64,000 bases of DNA from an uncultured Verrucomicrobiota bacterium (lineage in GTDB: Bacteria; Verrucomicrobiota; Verrucomicrobiia; Opitutales; UBA9783). Shown one piece after another: positions 55,825 through 64,000 of the stretch. A program made the position numbers and the translations under genes. Every line of letters begins with the position of its first letter. The stretch's first letter is position 1. The stretch spans positions 121,819-185,818 of the forward strand of contig CABUVL010000002.1 in NCBI GenBank assembly GCA_902495005.1, written 5' to 3'. The notes under the pieces were generated by a model, which was given only the letters and a program-made list of their open reading frames with translations, did no database searches and was not told the origin of the DNA.

Positions 55825-57309
55825 ATGGAACCAAATTTTCAACGGATGACGGCTGATGAAGCGGCTGCACTTATTCACAACGGGCAATGGGTCGCGTGCA
55901 GTGGCTTTACGCCGGCTGGGAGCGTTAAGTCTGTGACAAAGGCGCTTGGACGTCGGGCGAAAGCACTGCAGCAATCGGGAGAAGATTTTAAGATTAATTT
56001 ATTGGCGGGTGCCTCTTCGGGGGACTGTGTGGATGGCGAATTGAGCCGGAATCACGCACTCGCACGTCGTTTCCCGTACCAGGCCAACAAAGATTTAAGG
56101 CTGCAAATCAACAATGGTGATGTGGATTACGTTGATTTTCATTTGTCTAATTTTTGTCAGTGGGTGGATCAGCTGCCGTCGTTAGATTGGGCCGTGGTCG
56201 AAGTGGCTGATTACACGGCGGATGGTGAATTGGTTCTAACAAGTTCCGTGGGCGCAACGCCACTGTTTTGTCAAAAGGCGCAACGCATTATTCTCGAGCA
56301 CAATACCCATCATCCAAAATTTATTAAAGGCTTGCACGACATTTATGCTTGGCAAAGGCCTCCTGAACGTAAGCCTATTTTACTTGAAAAAGTGGAAGAT
56401 CGCTTGGGGGAGTTTGTCGTGAAGGTGGATCCCAGAAAAATTGCGGGGGTCGTATCCACTTGCGAACCGGACAACGTGCTTGATTTTAAGGAAGTTAATT
56501 CCACTTCTCAAAAAATTGGGGAATGGGTCGCAGAGTTTTTTCTGCAGGAGATGAAATGTGGACGTATCCCAAAATCGTTTTTGCCAGTGCAATCGGGTGT
56601 TGGAAATATCGCGAATGCTGTGTTGAAGACAATGGGGGAGAAAAACGCCATTCCGCCGTTTGCCATGTATTCGGAAGTTGTTCAGAATGCGGTTATCGAT
56701 CTCATGAAGCAGGGTAGAGTGTATTTTGCGAGCGGCACGGCCTTGGCCATCACGAATGATTACATGCAGGAGGTGTATGACAATTGGAATTTTTACAAGC
56801 AACGGCTCATCCTGCGTTCGGAGGACATTACTAATAACCCTGAAATTATTCGGCGCATTGGCCTGTTGAGCTTGAACACGGCAATTGAAGTGGATTGTTT
56901 CGGCCACGCCAACAGCACGCACGCTTGTGGCAATAATGTTATCAATGGCATCGGAGGCTCGGGGGATTTTACACGTAATGCTTACATCTCTATCTTTACC
57001 TTATCGTCTACGAACAAAAATGGCCACATCTCGGGCATTGTTCCATTCTGTTCGCACGTTGATCACACGGAACACGATGTGCAGGTGATCATTACGGAAA
57101 ATGGTATTGCCGACTTGAGGGGAAAATCGCCGATGGCACGTGCCGAGTGCATTGTAGAAAATTGCGCACACCCGGATTATAAGCCACTTTTGCGCGATTA
57201 CTTAAAATTGACTCAACAGGGGCATATACGGCATGATTTGACTCACGCGTTTGCCTTCCACAAGGCATTTTTGGAAACAGGTGATATGAGAAACTGCCGG
57301 TTTGATTGA
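55825..57309 (+). CDS. acetyl-CoA hydrolase/transferase family enzyme (succinyl-CoA:acetate CoA-transferase-like)
   Basis: N-terminus MTADEAAALIHNGQWVACSGFTPAGS and GIGGSGDFTRNAY. Length (494 aa) is typical of the AarC/ASCT/Cat1 group. Confidence 0.85.
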   Translation: MEPNFQRMTADEAAALIHNGQWVACSGFTPAGSVKSVTKALGRRAKALQQSGEDFKINLLAGASSGDCVDGELSRNHALARRFPYQANKDLRLQINNGDVDYVDFHLSNFCQWVDQLPSLDWAVVEVADYTADGELVLTSSVGATPLFCQKAQRIILEHNTHHPKFIKGLHDIYAWQRPPERKPILLEKVEDRLGEFVVKVDPRKIAGVVSTCEPDNVLDFKEVNSTSQKIGEWVAEFFLQEMKCGRIPKSFLPVQSGVGNIANAVLKTMGEKNAIPPFAMYSEVVQNAVIDLMKQGRVYFASGTALAITNDYMQEVYDNWNFYKQRLILRSEDITNNPEIIRRIGLLSLNTAIEVDCFGHANSTHACGNNVINGIGGSGDFTRNAYISIFTLSSTNKNGHISGIVPFCSHVDHTEHDVQVIITENGIADLRGKSPMARAECIVENCAHPDYKPLLRDYLKLTQQGHIRHDLTHAFAFHKAFLETGDMRNCRFD

Positions 57310-57398
57310 TTCCATCCTGGGTATAATCTTACAAATCTTTGACTTTGCGGCGATTTTACTTGATAACTTGTGCGAATCTTTTTGAATTTTCATAACTT

Positions 57399-58838
57399 AT
57401 GAACGAAAATGCAGGTGATTTATTTGAGGTAAGAAAAGCGAAATTTGATGCCCTGTGTGCAGCCGGGAAAAATCCATTTCAGGCGAATTGCAAGCAAACG
57501 CATACGGCCAAGTTTGTGCAAACTTCGTTTGATGCGTTGGAACAATCTGAAGTGGCAGTTGCGGGGCGCATCGTCGTATTCCGTTTAATGGGGAAGGCCT
57601 CTTTTATAAAGTTGTTGGATCAAACCGGCACCGTACAAGTCTACGTTGCTCAAGACAAGGTGGGCGATGAAGCTTATCAAGATTTTAAGAAATTCGATAT
57701 TGGAGATTTCGTGGGCGTTGAAGGGAGCGTTTTCAAGACAACGACCGGTGAAATTACCGTACGTGCGGAAAAAATTACCTTGGTTTCAAAATCATTTCGT
57801 TCTTTACCGGAAAAGTGGCACGGCTTGTCAGATGCCGACACCATTTATCGTCAACGCTATTTGGACCTCATTATTAATAAAGAGTCGAGGGAAAGGTTTT
57901 TTAAACGCTCTGACATCATTAAGGGCATTCGTCAGTTTTTATGGGATCTTGACTTCGTTGAAGTTGAAACGCCTATGTTGCAAGATGTTGCCGGAGGTGC
58001 TGCGGCGCGTCCTTTTACAACCCACATGAATGCGCTTAATCGTGAATTTTACTTGCGGATTTCGCTGGAATTGTACCTCAAGCGCATGTTGGTAGGCGGG
58101 TATGATCGGGTATTTGAAATAGGACGTAATTTCCGCAATGAAGGTATCTCTCGTCGGCACAATCCGGAGTTCACAATGATCGAATTGTACCAAGCGTACA
58201 GCGATTATCGGGGCATGATGAAGTTGGTTTACAATTTAATTCAATATCTCTGTAAGCAGGTGATCGGCAAGACATTGTTGCGCAGTTATACGGGAGAAAT
58301 GATTGAGTTGTCCGGCGAGTGGAGAGAGGCCACGTATCGTTCGTTAGTCTTGGAGGCCACGCAGGATCCTCAATGGTTTGAACGGTCACGAGAGGTAAAG
58401 TTGGATCGGTGTCAAGAACTTGGCATTGAGGTCGATCCCAATCTTGAAGACTTTGAAATCACCAACAATGTCTTTGAAAAATGTGTGGCTACACACTTGA
58501 TCCAACCGACCTTTGTTACGCATTTGCCGAAAGAATTGTGTCCGTTGGCCAAAATTAATCAGAAGGACAATTCTGTCATCGATGTGTTTGAGCTGTACAT
58601 TAATGGTCAAGAAATTGCACCTGCTTATTCGGAACAAAATGATCCATTCGTGCAACGACACATGTTCGAGGTTCAAGCCGGTGAAGAGACACAAAAGGTG
58701 GATAACGAATTTTTAACCGCCCTCGAGTACGGCATGCCGCCAGCCGGAGGCATGGGCATTGGCATCGACCGTTTAGTCATTTTATTGACCGAAGCGGATA
58801 GCATTCGTGATACCTTGTTGTACCCAACGCTTAAGTAA
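57399..58838 (+). CDS. lysS: lysine--tRNA ligase (class II)
   Basis: OB-fold N-domain, motif 2 FRNEGISRRHNPEFTMIELYQAY, and motif 3 GMGIGIDRLVILL. Confidence 0.96.
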   Translation: MNENAGDLFEVRKAKFDALCAAGKNPFQANCKQTHTAKFVQTSFDALEQSEVAVAGRIVVFRLMGKASFIKLLDQTGTVQVYVAQDKVGDEAYQDFKKFDIGDFVGVEGSVFKTTTGEITVRAEKITLVSKSFRSLPEKWHGLSDADTIYRQRYLDLIINKESRERFFKRSDIIKGIRQFLWDLDFVEVETPMLQDVAGGAAARPFTTHMNALNREFYLRISLELYLKRMLVGGYDRVFEIGRNFRNEGISRRHNPEFTMIELYQAYSDYRGMMKLVYNLIQYLCKQVIGKTLLRSYTGEMIELSGEWREATYRSLVLEATQDPQWFERSREVKLDRCQELGIEVDPNLEDFEITNNVFEKCVATHLIQPTFVTHLPKELCPLAKINQKDNSVIDVFELYINGQEIAPAYSEQNDPFVQRHMFEVQAGEETQKVDNEFLTALEYGMPPAGGMGIGIDRLVILLTEADSIRDTLLYPTLK

Positions 58839-58949
58839 ATTTAGCCGGAGGGGCGTCCTGTTTTTTATTTGTGGGCTCATCAAGCCCCTGATTGGAATTT
58901 TCTTCAATTAAAGGCTTGATGCCCTGCTGTATTTCTGTCTAATTAAAGG

Positions 58950-59297
58950 GTGAAGTTGATAAGACTTGTTATCAAGCCCTTCAAATTAGAGGATGTACGT
59001 CGTGTGGTGGATACTTTTCGTATTAAGCACATGAGCGTTTACGAGATCCGTGATTTGAAAAAAAGGCCTTCCATCGAGCAAATGATGTTAGATGGACAAG
59101 AGGGAAGGCAGTTAGTGCCACGTTTGTTAATTGAGTTGTTGGTTCATAGCCATAATTGCGGCGAAATCGTCAATCAATTGATTAAACTTGTGCGTACGGG
59201 GAAGGTTGACGACGGTGTAATGACGATACAAACGGTCGATGAGGTGGTTGAAATTTATTCGGGAGAGACCGAGGGGGATGTGATTGAGGACGCATAG
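58950..59297 (+). CDS. divergent P-II (GlnB-like) family protein
   Basis: GTG start. MKLIRLVIKPFKLEDVRRVV and RTGKVDDGVMTIQTVDEVVEIYSGE align with the PII N-terminus and B/C-loops. The T-loop region is not canonical. Confidence 0.65.
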   Translation: MKLIRLVIKPFKLEDVRRVVDTFRIKHMSVYEIRDLKKRPSIEQMMLDGQEGRQLVPRLLIELLVHSHNCGEIVNQLIKLVRTGKVDDGVMTIQTVDEVVEIYSGETEGDVIEDA

Positions 59298-60051
59298 AGC
59301 TTGTTTAACAGGCCATTTGTCGATAAAGTGACGTTAAAAGGGGGGGGTGCTCTGTCACAAGCTGTTACGTGAATCTTCCGTACGGTGGAGGCAGTTAAGT
59401 TAAGCTGGGCTTTTTGGTGGCAGACGAGCCCGTAATGAGAGGAATAAGGCGGGCCTCATCTTTTTGATCCATGCGTTAATATTTGTTCGATAAGCTTGGT
59501 GTGAAACGATTCTTGGTTTGATAGACGCATAAAAATTGCCAATTTTCGTTTAATGATCTAACAAGGGGTGGCATTGATTTTTCAGTATTGTGATCTTTTA
59601 TCGTAACGGAAAGGCAAGCTATTTGCTTCGTTTGTAACGGGTTAAGTCCCGCGTTCGTTTACCATCGCGGCAGTTGAATTCTGCACGAGTGTTGTGTGCC
59701 GAATGATCGTGCGCCGGCTCATTCTCTCTGATGGAAGACAAAGATCCCGCGCGTGGCCTCACTTATTGAAACAGCGATACAGGTGCGCTAAGAGGTGGGA
59801 CTGAATTGAAGACAAATGTATTTTACCCTGAGACGTGTGCAAATGCTTCGAGTGTTTTCTTCTAGCCGGTGAATTGTTAGAAAGGGAGAGTCCTAAGAAG
59901 ACTGCCAATGTTGTTGCCTCAAGTTGTCTCGAAATAAAATGCCAACGATATCTTGCTTTCATGCATTATCTCTTGTTCGCGAGGACCCATTAACGCTCAG
60001 CGCAATCAGTGATTGGAGATAAAGATCGAGTTTGCTGTGCCCCAAGTCAAG

Positions 60052-62238
60052 TTATTGGTTAACTGAAGGGCAACTGCTTATTGGGATGGATTGAATCTGC
60101 TTAAGGATCTCATCGATTGCGTACGGATGTGTGGCTGTGAGCGGTCCGCGTTGCTTTATATCGTTATCAATGCGAATGACTTGTGCCCCGGGCAATGTTG
60201 TGGCAACAGAAGTGGGGCTAACGATGATGTCGATCGGAGCCAGCTGACTGGGTAGGCCTTCGACGATTTGTGGGTATTCATTTTGCAAGCATAGGTACTG
60301 GTAAAGGCAATGTGAAACGATCTCCGGCAATTGGAATAAAAAAATTTTCCGTTTTAATGCAGCTTCTTCTGACGTGTGAGTGGATTTTTCTTCCAATTTT
60401 TGTTGGATAGCGGGGAGATAAATTGTAAAAGTGGTCCCTTTGCCTTTTTCGCTGAAAACTTGGATGCTTCCCTCGTGTTGCTTGACGAGACCGTAGATGC
60501 AAGACAATCCCAGCCCTGTGCCTTGGCCAATGGGTTTTGTCGTAAAAAAGGGTTCGAATATTTTTTTCTGTGTTTCTTCATCAATGCCGGTGCCCGTATC
60601 TCGCACACTGAGTTTGACGTAATTGCCGTAGGGCAAGTCGTTGGGTACGCCCGTAAAATTTTCAAAGGATATGTGGATGCTTCCGCCATTTTTCAGGGCA
60701 TCTCTGGCATTGACGCACAAGTTGACTAAAATTTGATCGATGTAAGTTTCTTGCGAGCAAATCATCCAAAGATTTTCATCCCAGTGTGTGAAGAATTGAA
60801 TATTGTTACCAATCCAATGCTCGAGCATGTGCAAGGTTTCGTGGGTAGACGTTTTTAAGTCGATGGGGATTCTTTCGCGTTTTTTACTTTGTCGGCTAAA
60901 CGTCATCAACTGCTTGACTAACAATGCCCCCTTGTGCCCTGCTTCGTAAATATTTTTTACGTGCGCATAACTGGTTTGTTCGGGTGGCATGGTACTGAGT
61001 ATTAATTCGGAATACCCGTTGATGACAGACAGCAGGTTGTTGAAGTCGTGGGCAATTCCACTTGCAATGCGTCCTATGGCTTCAATTTTTTGTTTTTGGC
61101 GAAGGTTGTCTTCTAATTGCCGCAATTGTGTCACATCACTGATCGTAATTACGACATAATTGTTGTCGTTGGAAGAGGGGGTCAAATTCCAGTGCGTGTA
61201 GATAGTTTTGCCGTCGAGCCGCTGCATGGGCGTGTCGGCAGAATACGCGCTACGTCGGTTCAGTGCTTCGCAGATATTTTTCTCAAAGCCCTCGCAAAAT
61301 AATTTCGATAAGGCTTGTCCTTTCAACTCATTGGCTGGATAAGCAAGCATCTGAGATAAGCCTTGATTGATGTACTCAATTTCCCACGCGTGATTATTTA
61401 ACTCGGCTATAATAACCCCTTCATGAGAATTTGTTAATGCGGAGGCCAGTTTTCTGTTATTTTGTTCGTAATGATATTGCTCTGTAAAGTCATTCAAGGA
61501 AATGACATAGCCTTGCAGCACGTGGTAAAAGTCGAGTAGGGGATTGACTTGGATGTAGGCGTACCGCAAGTTTCGATGCTTATCGAAAAATGTCACCTCC
61601 GAAGATGGAGTGTCCTTTATATTTTTGCAGCAAAAATTTGTAAAAGATGGAACTGCTTTAGCTTGAGCGTTCAGTGGGTAGAACGTTAATTGCCGATCAA
61701 ATTGGCTTCCGAGTACTTCTGCCAATGGCCGGTCAAGCAGTTTTTGGGCGGCTGTGTTCAGGTAATTAATATTACCATGGGCATCCGTTGAAAAAATGGG
61801 ATCTCGCAGTGTGCCAAGCGTAACTGCTAAACGGTGTTTAGTTTCTTTCGATTCACGTTCGATTTCCGCTTTGTGCAAAGCCATTTCTGTCGTTACCAAG
61901 ACAGACTTCGGATCGTACGGCTTAATTATAAAGCCAAAGGGCGTCGTTTCTTTAACCCGCTCAATGATGCCTTCTGAAGAATGACCTGTAAGGTAGATGA
62001 TGGGGATGTCCCATTTTTGTTTGATGCGCTTTGCAACTTCAATGCCATCGAGTTGACCGGGCAACGTGATGTCCATGAGGATGAGGTCAGGTTTCTTGTT
62101 GTCAACTTGCTTCAGTGCGCTTGTACTGTCTACGGCGATGGGAAGAATTTCGTATCCGTACTGTGATAAGATGGTTTTTAAAATGAATGCAGAATGGGCA
62201 TCATCTTCTACGATAAGGATAAGCGCGTGGGCAGTCAT
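60052..62238 (-). CDS. hybrid sensor kinase: N-terminal receiver + PAS region + HisKA + HATPase_c
   Basis: REC domain ILIVEDD...DLILMDITLPG...K. H-box GIAHDFNNLLSVINGYSEL, N-box LVNLCVNARDAL, and G-boxes RDTGTGID and GQGTGLGLS. No TM segment. Confidence 0.9.
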   Translation of the reverse strand: MTAHALILIVEDDAHSAFILKTILSQYGYEILPIAVDSTSALKQVDNKKPDLILMDITLPGQLDGIEVAKRIKQKWDIPIIYLTGHSSEGIIERVKETTPFGFIIKPYDPKSVLVTTEMALHKAEIERESKETKHRLAVTLGTLRDPIFSTDAHGNINYLNTAAQKLLDRPLAEVLGSQFDRQLTFYPLNAQAKAVPSFTNFCCKNIKDTPSSEVTFFDKHRNLRYAYIQVNPLLDFYHVLQGYVISLNDFTEQYHYEQNNRKLASALTNSHEGVIIAELNNHAWEIEYINQGLSQMLAYPANELKGQALSKLFCEGFEKNICEALNRRSAYSADTPMQRLDGKTIYTHWNLTPSSNDNNYVVITISDVTQLRQLEDNLRQKQKIEAIGRIASGIAHDFNNLLSVINGYSELILSTMPPEQTSYAHVKNIYEAGHKGALLVKQLMTFSRQSKKRERIPIDLKTSTHETLHMLEHWIGNNIQFFTHWDENLWMICSQETYIDQILVNLCVNARDALKNGGSIHISFENFTGVPNDLPYGNYVKLSVRDTGTGIDEETQKKIFEPFFTTKPIGQGTGLGLSCIYGLVKQHEGSIQVFSEKGKGTTFTIYLPAIQQKLEEKSTHTSEEAALKRKIFLFQLPEIVSHCLYQYLCLQNEYPQIVEGLPSQLAPIDIIVSPTSVATTLPGAQVIRIDNDIKQRGPLTATHPYAIDEILKQIQSIPISSCPSVNQ

Positions 62239-62702
62239 TTTTGTGAACGACGTAGTTGGTTATTTTCTTCAATTAATTGGCGATTGATGTCGCGCAAAGA
62301 TTGAATGGCACGTGGGTAGGCGATGTTTCGTTCGAATGCCTCGTAAGAATCCTGGATGGTTTTTAATAAAGTTTGCTGTGTCCAAGGCTTGGGCAAGCAA
62401 TGTGAGACCTCGGCGGTGTTGATGGCTTCTAAAAACATTTCGCTTGTCAGCACACCCGTGATGAGAATGCGGACGCAAAAGGGTTGTATCTGCTTAACCT
62501 TCGATAAAAATTGAATGCCGGGCATCTCGGCCATACGTTGATCAGAGATAACGATGGCAAATTGTTTTTGACGTACGGCGTCCAGGGCTTCTGACGCTTT
62601 TGTCGTGGCAAAGTACGAGTAGCCTTCTGCTTTGACCGTTTCTTGCAGCGCCATTAATATGGCTGTGTCGTCATCTAAAATTAGAATGGGATCGCGCGTC
62701 AT
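62235..62702 (-). CDS. single-domain response regulator (REC plus short coiled C-terminus)
   Basis: ILILDDD, acceptor Asp in AIVISDQRMAEMPG, and KPW. ATGA overlaps at both ends. Confidence 0.88.
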   Translation of the reverse strand: MTRDPILILDDDTAILMALQETVKAEGYSYFATTKASEALDAVRQKQFAIVISDQRMAEMPGIQFLSKVKQIQPFCVRILITGVLTSEMFLEAINTAEVSHCLPKPWTQQTLLKTIQDSYEAFERNIAYPRAIQSLRDINRQLIEENNQLRRSQK

Positions 62703-63391
62703 TGTGGGAGTGATTTAAAGGATAAGTGTATTAAAGTTCCGCTGTTGTCGGATTGAATGTGCACGCGGGCGCCTTGCTCTTCCATGAGGTGCTTGACGGC
62801 AAATAACCCTATGCCAAAATGTTGATTGTCATTTGATTGAATGGGCGATGCAAGCGCTTCGATGGGCGTATGAGCCCCTTGCCCATTGTCTTTTATATAC
62901 AAATCAACGGTCGAGGGCGTATCCGATTGTAGTCTCAGGCTGATATGCGGATGGTCGACAGACTTGATGGCTTCGCCGGCGTTAAAAATGATTTGAAACA
63001 AAATTTGCTGCAAGGTGCCCAATGGCATGTATATCAAAGTAGGCTCGTTGGCGTGAACTTTGAATTGGGTGTGCGAAGGCACAATCGCTTTAAAAAGCGG
63101 GAGTAATTCGTTCAAAGTGTCTTTTAAATCTAAATGTCTGGGGGTATCGGTGTTCGCATGGTTGAGATTGGACAAAGTTGATAGAAGCTTGCGGATTTTG
63201 AGCGCGCTGTCTCGAATGGTGTTAAGGCCATCGATGAGCGATGGGGATGCGCTGTTTTGGCAGTACAATTCGCTGAGTGCCAGAATGCCTGTTAAGTGAT
63301 TACTGAGATCGTGTAATAGGCAGTTGGTCAATAAATTATGCTTATGTTCCCAGGATAACAGTGCCAATAAATGTTCGTCGTATTCTACCAT
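62699..63391 (-). CDS. soluble histidine kinase without sensor domain
   Basis: H-box LLHDLSNHLTGILALSE, N-box IIFNAGEAI, G1 IKDNGQG, G2 FGIGLFAVKHL. The track start at 63457 is TTG; the first ATG is 63391. Confidence 0.85.
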   Translation of the reverse strand: MVEYDEHLLALLSWEHKHNLLTNCLLHDLSNHLTGILALSELYCQNSASPSLIDGLNTIRDSALKIRKLLSTLSNLNHANTDTPRHLDLKDTLNELLPLFKAIVPSHTQFKVHANEPTLIYMPLGTLQQILFQIIFNAGEAIKSVDHPHISLRLQSDTPSTVDLYIKDNGQGAHTPIEALASPIQSNDNQHFGIGLFAVKHLMEEQGARVHIQSDNSGTLIHLSFKSLPQ

Positions 63392-63510
63392 AACCTTACT
63401 TGAAATTAAGATGAAGTGGGCCTTATTGCAAGTTCGAAATGATACGCCTAACGCCAATTTAAAATAAGTTTGAAAATGGATTTTTGGGGAAAATGAGGAG
63501 AAATATTTAG

Positions 63511-63539
63511 TTGACCTTGTACTTTTTTAAACTAATAAT
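63511..63539 (+). promoter_or_regulatory. candidate promoter of small secreted protein, copy 1
   Basis: TTGACC (63511-63516), a 17-bp spacer, then AATAAT (63534-63539). The same arrangement is repeated before copy 2. Only 6 nt separate the -10 from the ATG. Confidence 0.4.
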
Positions 63540-63545
63540 ACGATC

Positions 63546-63785
63546 ATGAAACTTTTAAATAGTTTAGCAAAAGTGGGAGCTTCTATATTATTGGGAGCGA
63601 GTTGCTTAAGTGCCTCTGCAGAGGGTGTTGAACAAGATGCAAAGCCAGATGCTAAGGTAAATGAAGTTAAGAAATCCGTTAATGAAGTTGCTGCACAAGT
63701 CGTTGAAAATACGTCTGCGGTTCGTTCGGATGCTCAAACAAAAGATGTTGTAAGCAGTGATGAACACGTCGGAAATCGTGAATAA
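63546..63785 (+). CDS. small secreted protein, tandem paralog 1
   Basis: 79 aa. Signal peptide MKLLNSLAKVGASILLGASCLSASA/EG, then a polar Lys/Glu/Val-rich mature part. Confidence 0.6.
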   Translation: MKLLNSLAKVGASILLGASCLSASAEGVEQDAKPDAKVNEVKKSVNEVAAQVVENTSAVRSDAQTKDVVSSDEHVGNRE

Positions 63786-63824
63786 TATTGCTAGCGTCGT
63801 ATTGAATTAAATGAGAATTTTTAA

Positions 63825-63853
63825 TTGACCTTGTGGTCTCTTTTTACAATAAT
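63825..63853 (+). promoter_or_regulatory. candidate promoter of small secreted protein, copy 2
   Basis: TTGACC (63825-63830), a 17-bp spacer, then AATAAT (63848-63853). 6 nt separate it from ATG 63860. Confidence 0.4.
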
Positions 63854-63859
63854 AAAACT

Positions 63860-64000
63860 ATGAAATTGATTAAAGGCTTAACCAGTGTAGGAGCTTCTGT
63901 ATTGTTGGGAGCAAATTGCTTAAGTGCTGTTACAGAAGATGTTGCGCGGAATGCAAAATCGGATGCTCAAATAAATGAAGTGCAACAACCTGTTAAGGAA
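63860..64000 (+). CDS. small secreted protein, tandem paralog 2 (3' end beyond the window)
   Basis: MKLIKGLTSVGASVLLGANCLSAVTEDVARNAKSDAQINEVQQPVKE aligns with paralog 1 over the signal peptide and the DAK..NEV segment. The frame is still open at the window end. Confidence 0.6.
   Translation, partial: MKLIKGLTSVGASVLLGANCLSAVTEDVARNAKSDAQINEVQQPVKE

Noticed and set aside
55747-55974. 76-codon N-terminal extension of the SurA-like ORF (track start 55974).
   Set aside because: It would overlap the divergent CoA-transferase start (55825) by 150 nt and encodes an Arg/Cys/Ser-rich non-signal sequence. ATG 55746 yields a normal signal-anchor, so that start is preferred.
59341-59400. TPP riboswitch suggested by GGGGGGGTGCTCTG.
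   Set aside because: Only the GGGGTGC word matches. The CTGAGA and downstream ACCC..GATCTGGATAATGCCAGCG-type elements are missing, and no thiamine-related gene follows.

Overview
This is a 64-kb, densely coding chromosomal window from a moderately AT-rich diderm bacterium. The gene content looks anaerobic: pyruvate:ferredoxin oxidoreductase, an AarC/ASCT-type CoA-transferase and a small ferredoxin. The overall gene set resembles the PVC superphylum (Verrucomicrobiota/Lentisphaerota-like): a single-locus T2SS with five pseudopilins, a McsA-like UVR protein, a BspA-type LRR protein and a GldG/DUF4340 ABC module. That placement is an inference I cannot verify without a database search.

Main blocks:
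- (i) Housekeeping genes rodA, rng and gap.
- (ii) An 11-gene type II secretion locus at 6.7-17.4 kb, ordered gspG-H-I-J-K-(L)-(M)-D-X-E-F.
- (iii) rpsU, rsmA, a DUF374 acyltransferase-like gene, an amino-acid ABC importer with a fused binding-protein/permease, and psd.
- (iv) A DAACS transporter, an orphan short GspE/ComGA-like ATPase and an M50 protease.
- (v) A tight trxB / mcsA-like / relE-like / pssA / yraN string.
- (vi) A xer recombinase, nifJ and a solitary UvrD-like helicase.
- (vii) A degenerate 17-18-bp repeat array, tRNA-Arg(CCT) and a strongly AT-rich about 2-kb insert. The insert encodes a signal-peptide-bearing methyltransferase-fold protein and a cupin.
- (viii) A five-gene operon: ABC-2, GldG-like, DUF4340-like and an 840-aa AsmA/TamB-like protein.
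- (ix) exbB-exbD-unknown, a ferredoxin, a SurA-like chaperone, a CoA-transferase, lysS and a divergent PII-like protein.
- (x) A fully cytoplasmic three-gene phosphorelay, next to tandem paralogous small secreted proteins that carry duplicated promoters.

Five tRNA genes (Gly-GCC, Lys-CTT, Thr-TGT, Arg-CCT, Ala-CGC) all encode their 3' CCA. I saw no rRNA, CRISPR array, transposase, phage gene or recognisable named defence system.

The most second-look-worthy items are:
- the ABC/GldG/DUF4340/AsmA-like operon;
- the McsA-like/RelE-like overlapping pair that sits where mcsB is expected;
- the AT-rich insert and repeat array around tRNA-Arg;
- the unassigned components of the T2SS locus;
- the tandem, apparently leaderless small secreted paralogs.

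None of these can be called a new system from sequence inspection alone.
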